This document shows positions 18,816 to 27,852 of a stretch of DNA of 64,000 nt, in pieces. Below the pieces are notes generated by a model. The model was not told the DNA's origin, did not search any database, and was given only the letters and a program-made list of their open reading frames with translations. Origin of the DNA: Candidatus Latescibacterota bacterium (GTDB lineage: Bacteria > Latescibacterota > UBA2968); NCBI GenBank assembly GCA_965208125.1, contig OZ242320.1, positions 5,312,001 to 5,376,000 on the forward strand. The letters run 5' to 3'. A program made the position numbers and the translations under genes. Each line of letters starts with the position of its first letter. Positions within the stretch are counted from its first letter, which is position 1.

Positions 18816-21113
18816 GTGGCAAACGCTTCCGAGATAAATCTTCTGGAAATCCCTCCGCAGCACATTTTAGATGGCCTTATCCCATCGCACGAAACGGTCC
18901 AATTATCGGCCAGTACCGACATTCGCCTTGATGGCACGTATGGAACCGCTTATCTCCTCGCCACAGACAAACACTTGTTCGCAATTAGCCCCAATGGCGA
19001 TTCCACGCCACACACAGAGCGCATTCCACTTTCAGAAATTACCAATCTCGAAGTCAAAGACCTGTTTGGCAACAGCTTACTCAAAGTCCGCACCGCAACC
19101 ACAGGCGCCACACTCGCGCGATTTACCAAGGGCCAGAACCAGAAATTCAATCGGATAACGCACCGACTTGAAACCCTTGTAAAAGACGTGCGCAAAACCG
19201 AAGACAAAATCGCCAAAGGCCAACTTGGGCGTGCGATTTCGGGCAGGCGGTGTGACGTGTGCGGCACAATTATTTCCCGCAGAGTGGGAGTCTGCACCAA
19301 CTGTCTCGACACCCGCAAACTGCTGTATCGCTTGCTCGCCTATGCGCGTCCCTTCTGGAAACTCGGAACCCTGAGCCTTGCCCTGCTCCTCACCTCGACC
19401 TTTATTAGCCTTACCCCACCGCTTTTGATGCGCGACCTCATCGATGGTGTACTCGCACCTTCTGCAGATTATGAAACGACTTTCTTCCGCGACATCACAA
19501 ACAGTATATTTGGGATACCAACCGGATACCAAATCCTCTATTTCCTCGTGGGCCTGCTCCTGCTGATCAACCTCTCGCAATCGGGCCTTCGCGCCATACG
19601 CTCGTATATCCTATCCGTTCTTGGACAGAAAATCACCTATAACCTCAGAAATGAGGTCTATCGGCACCTCCACCGCCATTCTCTCAGCTTCTACAACGAA
19701 CGCGAAACCGGCACCATTATGGCCAGCATCACCCAGGATGTGGGCCGCCTGCAAGATTTTATCAGCGATGGCCTGCAAGAAATCATCCGCGACATCGTTA
19801 CCATCGCCTTTATATGTATCATTCTCTTTACGATGAATATCAAACTCGCCACCCTTGTTTTAATCCCCACTCCCCTTCTGATTATTGCAACCCTGAAATT
19901 TGGTCACCGCCTGCATCGCACCTATCGCGGTCTGTTTCGACGTTGGGCAGCCATCAGCGCACTCCTTGCCGACACCATTCCCGGCGTGCGCGTGGTCAAA
20001 GCCTTTGCACAGGAAAACCGCGAAGTGGGTAAATTTCAGACGCGCAGTGAAGACCTCCTCAAGGGCGAAATCAAAATTGCGGGCATTCGCAGCATCTTCA
20101 GTCCCGTCATGGCTTTTATTACATCTATTGGAACGCTGATTATATGGCTCGTGGGGGGCACCTCGGTTCTCGACGGCGCATTGACCCTGGGCAATTTTGT
20201 GGCATTTACGCAGTACATGTGGCGTTTTTACGGCCCGGTTGAAAGCCTCTGCCGCCTCAACCACCGCTTCCAGCGGGCTGCATCTTCTGCCGAACGCGTC
20301 TTTGAAGTGCTCGATACTCAGCCCGACGTAACCGACAGGCGCTCTGCATACGCCATGCCCGCCATTGAAGGGCGCATCCAATTTGACGACGTGACATTTT
20401 CTTACGAAATTGGCAAACCCGTTCTCAAAAATCTCAACTTTACCGTTGAACCCGGCGAAATGATCGGCCTTGCCGGGCATTCTGGCGCAGGTAAAAGCAC
20501 CCTGATCAACCTGATTTGCAGATTTTACGATATTGAAGAAGGCGCGATTTTAATCGACGGACGCGATATCCGCGATGTCACCCTCAAATCCCTGCGCGAT
20601 CAGATCGGCGTCGTTCTGCAAGACCCCTTTCTCTTCAATGGACCCATAGCCGAAAACATCGCATACGGCAAACCCGATGCGTCACTCGATGAAATTGTCG
20701 CAGCCGCCAAAACAGCCAATGCCCACGATTTTATTCTTCGCCTACCCGATAGTTACGACACACCCGTAGGCGAACGTGGCGTTCGGCTCTCAGGCGGCGA
20801 AAGGCAGCGCATCTCCATTGCGCGTGCGATCCTGCGAAACCCGCGCATTCTAATTCTCGATGAAGCCACCTCCAGCATGGATACCGAGACAGAATCACAG
20901 ATTCAAGAAGCCCTTTACAGACTCGTGCAAGGGCGCACGACCTTTGCCATTGCCCATCGCCTTTCCACGCTCAAACACGCAGACCGCCTCTTTATCATCG
21001 ACAAAGGCGAACTCGCCGAGATGGGATCACACGCCGAACTCATCGCCTACGATGGTATTTACGCGCGTCTTTGCCGTATGCAAACCGAACTGTCCAAACT
21101 CCGCGCGTGGTAA
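18816..21113 (+). CDS. Fused ABC exporter (TMD+NBD) with N-terminal PH-like region and Zn-ribbon; DUF1854-associated type
   Basis: CDVC-x10-CTNC before TM1; GHSGAGKS, 'LSGGERQR', 'ILDEATS', 'IAHRLST'. Confidence 0.9.
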   Translation: MANASEINLLEIPPQHILDGLIPSHETVQLSASTDIRLDGTYGTAYLLATDKHLFAISPNGDSTPHTERIPLSEITNLEVKDLFGNSLLKVRTATTGATLARFTKGQNQKFNRITHRLETLVKDVRKTEDKIAKGQLGRAISGRRCDVCGTIISRRVGVCTNCLDTRKLLYRLLAYARPFWKLGTLSLALLLTSTFISLTPPLLMRDLIDGVLAPSADYETTFFRDITNSIFGIPTGYQILYFLVGLLLLINLSQSGLRAIRSYILSVLGQKITYNLRNEVYRHLHRHSLSFYNERETGTIMASITQDVGRLQDFISDGLQEIIRDIVTIAFICIILFTMNIKLATLVLIPTPLLIIATLKFGHRLHRTYRGLFRRWAAISALLADTIPGVRVVKAFAQENREVGKFQTRSEDLLKGEIKIAGIRSIFSPVMAFITSIGTLIIWLVGGTSVLDGALTLGNFVAFTQYMWRFYGPVESLCRLNHRFQRAASSAERVFEVLDTQPDVTDRRSAYAMPAIEGRIQFDDVTFSYEIGKPVLKNLNFTVEPGEMIGLAGHSGAGKSTLINLICRFYDIEEGAILIDGRDIRDVTLKSLRDQIGVVLQDPFLFNGPIAENIAYGKPDASLDEIVAAAKTANAHDFILRLPDSYDTPVGERGVRLSGGERQRISIARAILRNPRILILDEATSSMDTETESQIQEALYRLVQGRTTFAIAHRLSTLKHADRLFIIDKGELAEMGSHAELIAYDGIYARLCRMQTELSKLRAW

Positions 21114-21207
21114 CGAATAGACGGAGCGAGGTACAACTGGCCGCTTCTCAGGCCAGTTCATAGACGAACTCCGCCCCACTCAAAGGCGCTACAAGCTTCT
21201 ATTCGTT
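21112..21207. other. Multi-stem structured intergenic element of unknown class
   Basis: Nested complementary arms: 21112-21121/21198-21207 (10 bp), 21122-21126/21169-21173, 21135-21142/21151-21158. Confidence 0.45.
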
Positions 21208-21235
21208 GATTCGCTGATTCGTAAAAGGTATATCA

Positions 21236-21745
21236 ATGTCTTCACTTCCCAACTTGACCAGCGACCTCTCCCTTCTCTCACCCCGCGATATTCGTCTGTA
21301 TCTCGACGATTTTGATGATCTCACACTCGACCTGCGCGGTGAAATCCATAAGCGGATTGGTGTGCAGCGCGCTTTTCCCCTCAATGCGTCCACAAAATTC
21401 ATCGTGCTCCACGATTCAGACGGTGGCGAAATAGGCATAGTGCGCGACCTGGCCGATCTCGCTCCAGACAGCCGAGATGCATTGGAGATAGCACTCGAAC
21501 AGGCATATTTTATGCCGCGTATTCTAAAAATAAATAGCATTGTTTCCAATTTTCACGTGCCCACATGGGATGTGGAAACAGATCGCGGGCATCGCGTATT
21601 TGAAATTCCCAGCAGCAAGCGCGACGTGCGCGTAATTGACGATGTGCGCGTGATCCTGCGAGACGCCGATGGCAACCGCTACGAGATCGTCGATTACCGT
21701 CGCCTCGACCCCGAGAGCGTTGCATTTGTGGAAACTATTGTTTGA
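21236..21745 (+). CDS. DUF1854 domain protein
   Basis: 'V.RAFPL....FI.L.D.DG.EIG...DL..L', 'YF.P.I..I', 'WDVETDRG...F', 'D.DGNRY.I.D...LD..S'. Confidence 0.85.
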   Translation: MSSLPNLTSDLSLLSPRDIRLYLDDFDDLTLDLRGEIHKRIGVQRAFPLNASTKFIVLHDSDGGEIGIVRDLADLAPDSRDALEIALEQAYFMPRILKINSIVSNFHVPTWDVETDRGHRVFEIPSSKRDVRVIDDVRVILRDADGNRYEIVDYRRLDPESVAFVETIV

Positions 21746-21834
21746 AACCTCCATCAGGGGAACAATCACAATCTAATTTTCGTCAAAATCAAAATGGATT
21801 GACACGCCTATTGTATTAGCAGGAAGGAGGGACC

Positions 21835-24800
21835 ATGAAACTCAGTGAATTTGCCATCCACAAACCTATCAGCACCATTATGGTTGCAATTAGTATTATG
21901 GTGATGGGCTTTATTTCGGTATTCAAGTTACCACTCGAATACTTGCCTAGCCTGACATTCCCACGCATCTTTGTTTCAGTGAATTATCCCTCCTCTTCCC
22001 CAGAAGAAATTGAGCGGTTTATCACGCGACCCATCGAAGAAATCCTCGGCACGCTATCTGGTGTTGAAAGCATCAGTTCCTCATCGAGCGGATCCAGTGC
22101 GCGCGTCGGCATGGAATTTGCGATGGATGCCGATATGGACATCATCGGCGTTCACATCCGCGACCGCCTCGATCAAGTTCGCGCCGACTTACCCGCCGAT
22201 GTCGATCGCATCGATATTCGCAGCTTCGACACCGAAGATTTCCCCATTCTCGAATACTCCCTTACCTGGCTTGGCGAAAACAACCAAGAACTCGTCAATG
22301 TTTACAATCAAATGATCTTGCCCAGAATACAGCGTCTCGAGGGCGTCGCCAATGTTGTGCTCGAAGGATTGCAAGAAAAAGACCTCCTCATCGAAGTCGA
22401 TCAAAAAGCCATGACAGCCTATAAGATGGACTTCCGCACCATCAATCGTGCCCTGAATAACAACAATATCAATGTCTCTGCGGGATATGTCACCGAAGGC
22501 AACAAACGTCTCGCCGTTCGCAGCATGGGCGAATTTGAAACCGTTGATCAAATTCGCGATCTGCCCATTCGCCCCAATCTCACTCTCGACGATGTTGCCA
22601 ATGTCACATACGATTATCCCGAATCCCGCAGATTTGAACGCCTCGATGGACGTCCTTCGCTAACCCTTGAAGTCCAAAAAGCCTCAACGGCCAACATGGT
22701 CGATGTCTGCAAACTCGCGCGCGACGAACTCGCCCTCATCCACGAAGAGGTCGGCAAGGACAGGCTCCGAATGCACATGGTGCGCGACCGATCTATCGAC
22801 GTGACAAATAGCATCGCCAGTCTTAGCCAATCTGCTATTTTGGGTGGTCTTTTGGCCGTCATCGCCATCTTTATTTTCCTTCGCAATTTCCGCAGCACGC
22901 TCATCATCGGCTCTGCGATTCCCATCAGTGTGCTTACCGTATTCCTGATCATGTATTTCATGCGGCAATCCGGATCGAACATCACCCTCAATCTCATTTC
23001 CATGATGGGGCTAATGGTCGCCATCGGTATGCTCGTCGATCCCGCTGTCGTGGCCCTTGAAAATATTTTTCGCAAACGATTTGAAGTAGGGCAAGATGCC
23101 AGACAGGCCGCACTTGAGGGCAGCGATGAAATCGGTCTTCCAGTCCTCGCCGCATCACTCACGACCATCTGCGTATTCATCCCTGTCATTTTTGTCACCG
23201 ACTCGCGCACCTCGCTCTTCATGCGCGACTTTGCCGTTACCGTGATCATATCTGTTATTGCCTCATTTAGTATCGCGCTCTCACTTATTCCGCTGGCAGC
23301 CTCTCGCGCCTTCAATGAAGATGGTAAAACCCTTGATCGCGTTCTCAAGAGCATCGTCGGCCTTGTAGCCGCGCTGGGCCTGGGAGCCTTTATTTATTAC
23401 ACGGACTTCAGCAAAATTAATTACGCGGGCATGTGGGAAAATTTTTACAAGACCATCAGTGAACTTCCGACATTTGCCAAAATTGGTTTTCCCGGCGTCA
23501 TTGCACTGGTCATCTTTCTATACATCCGCTACCATTCAATCGGTCCCAAAGCCCTCTATGCCAAATTGGTCTCTTCCACCCTTCACTACCGCTGGGCAAC
23601 TCTTTCGGTAGCATGTGTTCTCCTTTTTGTCGGCAACTACATCTACGGCAAAGTAGAACAACAACCCTTCCGCTATCAGCCCAGCCGTGCCGTAAGGCTC
23701 ACCATTGAAATGCCCCGCAGTTACGATGTGGATCAAGCGCGTGAGGTCTTCAAAATTGCCGAAGACATACTCATCCCCTTAAAAGACGATCTCGACATCG
23801 AAGCCATTGGCAGCCGATACAGTGGTCGGCGCGGCACTCGCCTGACCCTTTATCTCACGCCGGCAGACGAAGGCAAACTCACCACAGATGAAGTTCAGCG
23901 CAGAGTTATGGCCCTCCTGCCCAAAGACATTCCGGGCGTGCGTTTCAAATCCGGCGGTGGCCGCGGTAGTTCTGCCGTGGGGGCTGGCGTTCAACTCAAA
24001 GGACGCAACCAAGAAACGCTGGCCATTTTGGCCGAAGACATTGAAACCAGCATGCAGGGGATGCCCGGCGTTCACGAAATACAGACCAGTCTCGAAAGTG
24101 GAACCGAAGAAATTCGCGTCACAGTCAATCGCGAGCGCGCACAGCGCTATGGTCTCTCGCCGCGCGATATTGCCAACACCATCGCCTCTGCGCTCGGTTC
24201 GCGCGGCGGCTCCAACTTCAAAACCCCTGATGGCGAAATCGACATCACAGTGCTGCTGCGCGAAGAAGATCGCGCCACTCTCGAACAACTCAAAACAACG
24301 GAGTTTGAAAGCGATAACGGCGGCATGGTCACCTTCTCCAGCCTGGCGAATTTCGACCTGACGACCGGCCGCAACACGATCCAACGCGAAGACCGCATGT
24401 CAACCGTAACTGTTTTTGCCAACACAGACCAGCAGGCGGTATTTCGCGTGGGCCAGATCATGAAAATGCGCATGGAAGGCGTGCCCCTGCCCAAGGGATA
24501 TACCTATGAAATGGACCGCCGCTTCAGATCTATGAATGCAGAACAGAACCAGGACTACGAGACTTTGATCCTGGCTCTCATTCTCATTTACATCATCATG
24601 GCCTCGCTCTTTGAATCCTATGTCCATCCGCTCACTATTATGTTCTGCATTTTCTTCGCATTCATCGGCGTCGCGCTCGGTCTCTACACCTTCAAAATCG
24701 CCATGGACAGCAATGCCAAATACGGCCTCCTCGTACTCTTTGGCATCGTGGTCAACAACGGTATTGTCCTGGTCGATCACATCAACAGATACCGAAAACA

Positions 24801-25089
24801 GGGACTTACTCGCCGCGATGCCATTATTCGCGGTGGACAAGATCGCTTGCGTCCGATTATGATGACCGCCACCACCACTATCATCGGTCTGATGCCACTG
24901 GTTGTTCCCATGCTCTTTGGCAATGCCGAAGGTACCTCAAGACGTTGGGGACCAATTGGCTTGGTGGTTATTTCCGGGCTGTCCATCTCAACAATCCTGA
25001 CCCTCGTACTCTTACCCACGGTCTATTCCCTCATGGACGACCTCTCGCAATTTGCCAAGCGCGTCACAGCCGTAGCACGCGCGCAATGA
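21835..25089 (+). CDS. RND efflux permease (AcrB/AcrD/AcrF family)
   Basis: 'YP..SPEEIE..IT.PIEE', 'FLRN.RSTLI....IP.S', 'GMLVD', 'MASLFES..HP', 'GIVVNNGI', 'RLRPIMMT'. Confidence 0.93.
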   Translation: MKLSEFAIHKPISTIMVAISIMVMGFISVFKLPLEYLPSLTFPRIFVSVNYPSSSPEEIERFITRPIEEILGTLSGVESISSSSSGSSARVGMEFAMDADMDIIGVHIRDRLDQVRADLPADVDRIDIRSFDTEDFPILEYSLTWLGENNQELVNVYNQMILPRIQRLEGVANVVLEGLQEKDLLIEVDQKAMTAYKMDFRTINRALNNNNINVSAGYVTEGNKRLAVRSMGEFETVDQIRDLPIRPNLTLDDVANVTYDYPESRRFERLDGRPSLTLEVQKASTANMVDVCKLARDELALIHEEVGKDRLRMHMVRDRSIDVTNSIASLSQSAILGGLLAVIAIFIFLRNFRSTLIIGSAIPISVLTVFLIMYFMRQSGSNITLNLISMMGLMVAIGMLVDPAVVALENIFRKRFEVGQDARQAALEGSDEIGLPVLAASLTTICVFIPVIFVTDSRTSLFMRDFAVTVIISVIASFSIALSLIPLAASRAFNEDGKTLDRVLKSIVGLVAALGLGAFIYYTDFSKINYAGMWENFYKTISELPTFAKIGFPGVIALVIFLYIRYHSIGPKALYAKLVSSTLHYRWATLSVACVLLFVGNYIYGKVEQQPFRYQPSRAVRLTIEMPRSYDVDQAREVFKIAEDILIPLKDDLDIEAIGSRYSGRRGTRLTLYLTPADEGKLTTDEVQRRVMALLPKDIPGVRFKSGGGRGSSAVGAGVQLKGRNQETLAILAEDIETSMQGMPGVHEIQTSLESGTEEIRVTVNRERAQRYGLSPRDIANTIASALGSRGGSNFKTPDGEIDITVLLREEDRATLEQLKTTEFESDNGGMVTFSSLANFDLTTGRNTIQREDRMSTVTVFANTDQQAVFRVGQIMKMRMEGVPLPKGYTYEMDRRFRSMNAEQNQDYETLILALILIYIIMASLFESYVHPLTIMFCIFFAFIGVALGLYTFKIAMDSNAKYGLLVLFGIVVNNGIVLVDHINRYRKQGLTRRDAIIRGGQDRLRPIMMTATTTIIGLMPLVVPMLFGNAEGTSRRWGPIGLVVISGLSISTILTLVLLPTVYSLMDDLSQFAKRVTAVARAQ

Positions 25090-25148
25090 CAAAAAATCCC
25101 AGGCAGTCGGCAAACCTTACCGATCACTTGGGGTTTTAGTTCTTCTCA

Positions 25149-25182
25149 AAAAGGCACTGCGCTTCCTCGCGCAGTGCCTTTT
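25149..25182. terminator. Strong bidirectional intrinsic terminator
   Basis: Perfect 14-bp inverted repeat AAAAGGCACTGCGC-ttcctc-GCGCAGTGCCTTTT between convergent genes; a weaker hairpin precedes it at about 25093-25138. Confidence 0.85.
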
Positions 25183-25222
25183 ATGTTTAATTTGATGATT
25201 CTTCCTCGATCTGATCAACCTC

Positions 25223-25570
25223 TTATATCTCACTGCCCGCATCGCAGTCAGCCTTAAAAACAGCACCATCCTCAACGATCAAGACACCCGTTTGAATTTT
25301 CCCAATAAAAGTGGCTTGTGACTGCAAATGCACTTTCTCTTCAGCCACCAGATTCCCCACAATGCGCCCGCTAACCAATGCGTCGCGCACCTTTACATTG
25401 GCCTCAACAACACCCGACGTTCCCACAATCAGCGTACCGGATGACTCGAGTTCGCCTTTCAAGACCCCATCCACACGCACGCCAGCTTCAATTTGAAAAT
25501 GACCTTCAGAAACTGCTCCACGCCCAATAATAGTATTCATAGTTTTGTCAAAATTTGTATTGCGATCCAC
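25223..25570 (-). CDS. Bactofilin (polymer-forming cytoskeletal protein); likely GTG start 25570
   Basis: 'TIIGRG....G......VRVDG...G','L.VG.SG.V.AN.....A.VSG.I.GN','G.I.T..L.VEDGA.F'; AGGAGAG RBS. Confidence 0.88.
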   Translation of the reverse strand: MDRNTNFDKTMNTIIGRGAVSEGHFQIEAGVRVDGVLKGELESSGTLIVGTSGVVEANVKVRDALVSGRIVGNLVAEEKVHLQSQATFIGKIQTGVLIVEDGAVFKADCDAGSEI

Positions 25571-25655
25571 GGCTCTCTCCTTCTGAAAATTTTTCAACGG
25601 GCACCTAATATAAATCTTCTGCATTTCGAGTCAATTTCTTTCTCGAACTTTCCGC

Positions 25656-25684
25656 TTGACAAGCATTTTATACAGGCGTACTTT
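25656..25684 (+). promoter_or_regulatory. Candidate sigma70 promoter for the lectin-like/ABC operon
   Basis: TTGACA-N17-TACTTT, followed by GAGGAG RBS and GTG start at 25720. Confidence 0.6.
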
Positions 25685-25719
25685 GCGAACCGTTTTACAA
25701 CCCAAACCGAGGAGAAACT

Positions 25720-26094
25720 GTGGCATTCACAATTACCAAAACCGTTCGTCCAAACGCCGTGTGGCAAGAAATGTACCTCCAGATACAAAAAGACCAGCGC
25801 GTAATTATCACTGCAGAGGGCCTCTGGTCTCCCGAGATGCGTCCGCTTACCATTGTCTGGTGTGGCCCCGATGGCATTGAAGGGCGTCCCGCCAATGATC
25901 AATATCTCTTGCCCGGCACAAATGTGGGGGCACTCGTTGGGCGTATTGCCGACAGTCCCATTCTTTCGGTGGGCAATTATTTTGATTTTTATTCGCCCTA
26001 CGAAGGCCCGCTATTTCTCGCCATGAACGAAAATCCCGAATACCACAGCCAGGCCGGTTCCCTCCACGCTCAAATCATCTTGTTTGACCTGTGA
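25720..26094 (+). CDS. Small beta-sandwich protein resembling LecA/PA-IL lectin-like domains
   Basis: 'V.PN..WQ.......Q...I.A.G.W', 'GPDG', 'GALVGRI', 'G.L.L.MN' pattern; no signal peptide. Confidence 0.55.
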   Translation: MAFTITKTVRPNAVWQEMYLQIQKDQRVIITAEGLWSPEMRPLTIVWCGPDGIEGRPANDQYLLPGTNVGALVGRIADSPILSVGNYFDFYSPYEGPLFLAMNENPEYHSQAGSLHAQIILFDL

Positions 26095-26873
26095 AACTAA
26101 TCCGCTTTTTTGCCCGAGAATACGCTCTTTCGGGACTGTTTATCGCCTTGCTACTCGGCTTGTGGGAAATAGTCGTGCGAAGTCTCGACATCGCCGCATT
26201 TATCCTTCCGCCACCCTCTCAAATCCTGTCCAAATTTGCCGCATCCCATCGCCTCCTGCTCTCTCACGGTCTCGTCACACTCACCGAAGCCCTCGGCGGC
26301 TTTTTCACAGGCGCATCATCGGGGCTACTGTGCGCCATTGCAATGGCTCGCTCCCGCCTGATCGAACGAATGCTCTATCCACTGGTCATCTCCACGCAGA
26401 CCTTTCCAAAAGAGGCACTGGCCCCTGTCTTTGTCATCTGGTTTGGGTTTGGCCTTTTGCCCAAAGTGATTATTGCGGGCCTCATTTCTTTTTTTCCCGT
26501 TGTGATCAACACCACCCGCGGGCTCTTATCCGTTGACAAATCCATCCTCGACTTGATGCGGTCGCTCTCGGCCAGCCAACGACAAATTTTTTTTAAAGTG
26601 CGCCTGCCCAATGCCATCCCCTATCTTTTTGCCGCACTCAAAATGTGTATCACGCTCAGCGTGATTGGCGCTGTAGTCGGTGAATTTGTCGGCTCCAGTG
26701 CGGGTTTGGGCCACCTCATTCGCCTGGCCAATTCAGAACTCGCCACTGATTTGATGTTTGCCGCTCTGCTCGCTCTCGGCTGCATGGGCACTGGCCTGTT
26801 TCTACTCGTTGATGGCCTCGAAAAAACAGCTCTGCGCCGTTGGGGTGGTGCCGTTGAAACCATAGGTCGCTAA
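26091..26873 (+). CDS. NitT/TauT/SsuC-family ABC permease
   Basis: 'LWE.......FILPPPS.I', 'Q..PK.ALAP...IWFG.G', 'FFP...NT..GL', 'KVRLP.A.PY', 'GAVVGEF'. Confidence 0.92.
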   Translation: MKLIRFFAREYALSGLFIALLLGLWEIVVRSLDIAAFILPPPSQILSKFAASHRLLLSHGLVTLTEALGGFFTGASSGLLCAIAMARSRLIERMLYPLVISTQTFPKEALAPVFVIWFGFGLLPKVIIAGLISFFPVVINTTRGLLSVDKSILDLMRSLSASQRQIFFKVRLPNAIPYLFAALKMCITLSVIGAVVGEFVGSSAGLGHLIRLANSELATDLMFAALLALGCMGTGLFLLVDGLEKTALRRWGGAVETIGR

Positions 26874-26886
26874 AAGGAGTATTCCC

Positions 26887-27852
26887 ATGCAAAAAATATT
26901 CATCGCTCTTGCCCTCGCACTCATCACCTTGTCCTGTGCTGATACAGAAAAAACAAAAGTGCAGTTCATTCTCGACTGGAAAGCGCAGATGGAACACGCG
27001 GGCTTTTTTGTTGCTAAACAAAAGGGTTTTTATGAACAAGAGGGCCTTGAGGTCGAAATTCTCGAAGGCAGTGGTGCTCCCACTGCGGCCCGCGTCGTGG
27101 GCAATGGCACCTATAAACTCGGCGTAGCCAGCGGATCAGCAACTGTTATGGCAAGAGCACAAAACATCCCAATTGTATCGCTCGCCGTGATCAATCAACA
27201 AACCCCGGTGGTCGTTTATTCGCTCGTGGAAAAAAATATCACAACACCACAGGACCTGATCGGCAAAAGTATTGGCGTCAATATCGGCGGCACGAAACAC
27301 CGCGAATTTCAAGCCTTTTTGCGCCACCAAAATATCTCCGAAGAAGACATACAACTCATGGGCATGAGCGAATCCAGCCCAGCACCGCTACTCGCGGGTC
27401 AAGTCGATGCCATGCTCGGATACACCGAAGACCAACCCGTCACAGTCGAACTTCAGGGTCACGCGGTCAATCGCCTTGCCCTATCGGATTACGGCATAGA
27501 TGTCTATAGCACCAATATCATTGCCAACGAATCTTTTCTCAAAGAAAATCCCGATCTGGTCAAACGCTTTTTGCGGGCGAGCCTGCGCGGATGGCAACAC
27601 GCTGTCGATCATCCCGAAGATGCCGTAGCAGCCTACATGGCCGCGCGTCCCGAAAGCGACGAGGCCTTCAACCGCGCCAATTTCAAATATCTTATTCCCC
27701 TATTGCAAAGCGCCGACACACAACAACAGGGCCTGGGTGCCCAAACAAAAGCAAAATGGCAACAAACACAGGATATTCTCTACAGCCTGGACCTGATCGA
27801 CCAAAAAGTCGATCTCAATCTGCTATTTACCACAACATTTATGTCTGAGTAA
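26887..27852 (+). CDS. NMT1/THI5-like ABC substrate-binding lipoprotein
   Basis: Lipobox 'TLSC'; 'LDW....EHAGFFVA..KGFY..EGL.V.I..G.G', 'P.DL.GK', 'L.G.VDA'. Confidence 0.9.
   Translation: MQKIFIALALALITLSCADTEKTKVQFILDWKAQMEHAGFFVAKQKGFYEQEGLEVEILEGSGAPTAARVVGNGTYKLGVASGSATVMARAQNIPIVSLAVINQQTPVVVYSLVEKNITTPQDLIGKSIGVNIGGTKHREFQAFLRHQNISEEDIQLMGMSESSPAPLLAGQVDAMLGYTEDQPVTVELQGHAVNRLALSDYGIDVYSTNIIANESFLKENPDLVKRFLRASLRGWQHAVDHPEDAVAAYMAARPESDEAFNRANFKYLIPLLQSADTQQQGLGAQTKAKWQQTQDILYSLDLIDQKVDLNLLFTTTFMSE

Noticed and set aside
21112-21207. Glycine or TPP riboswitch, hammerhead, or group II intron domain V
   Set aside because: Only short fragments (CTCAGG; CTGAGA on minus strand) match; remaining conserved cores are missing
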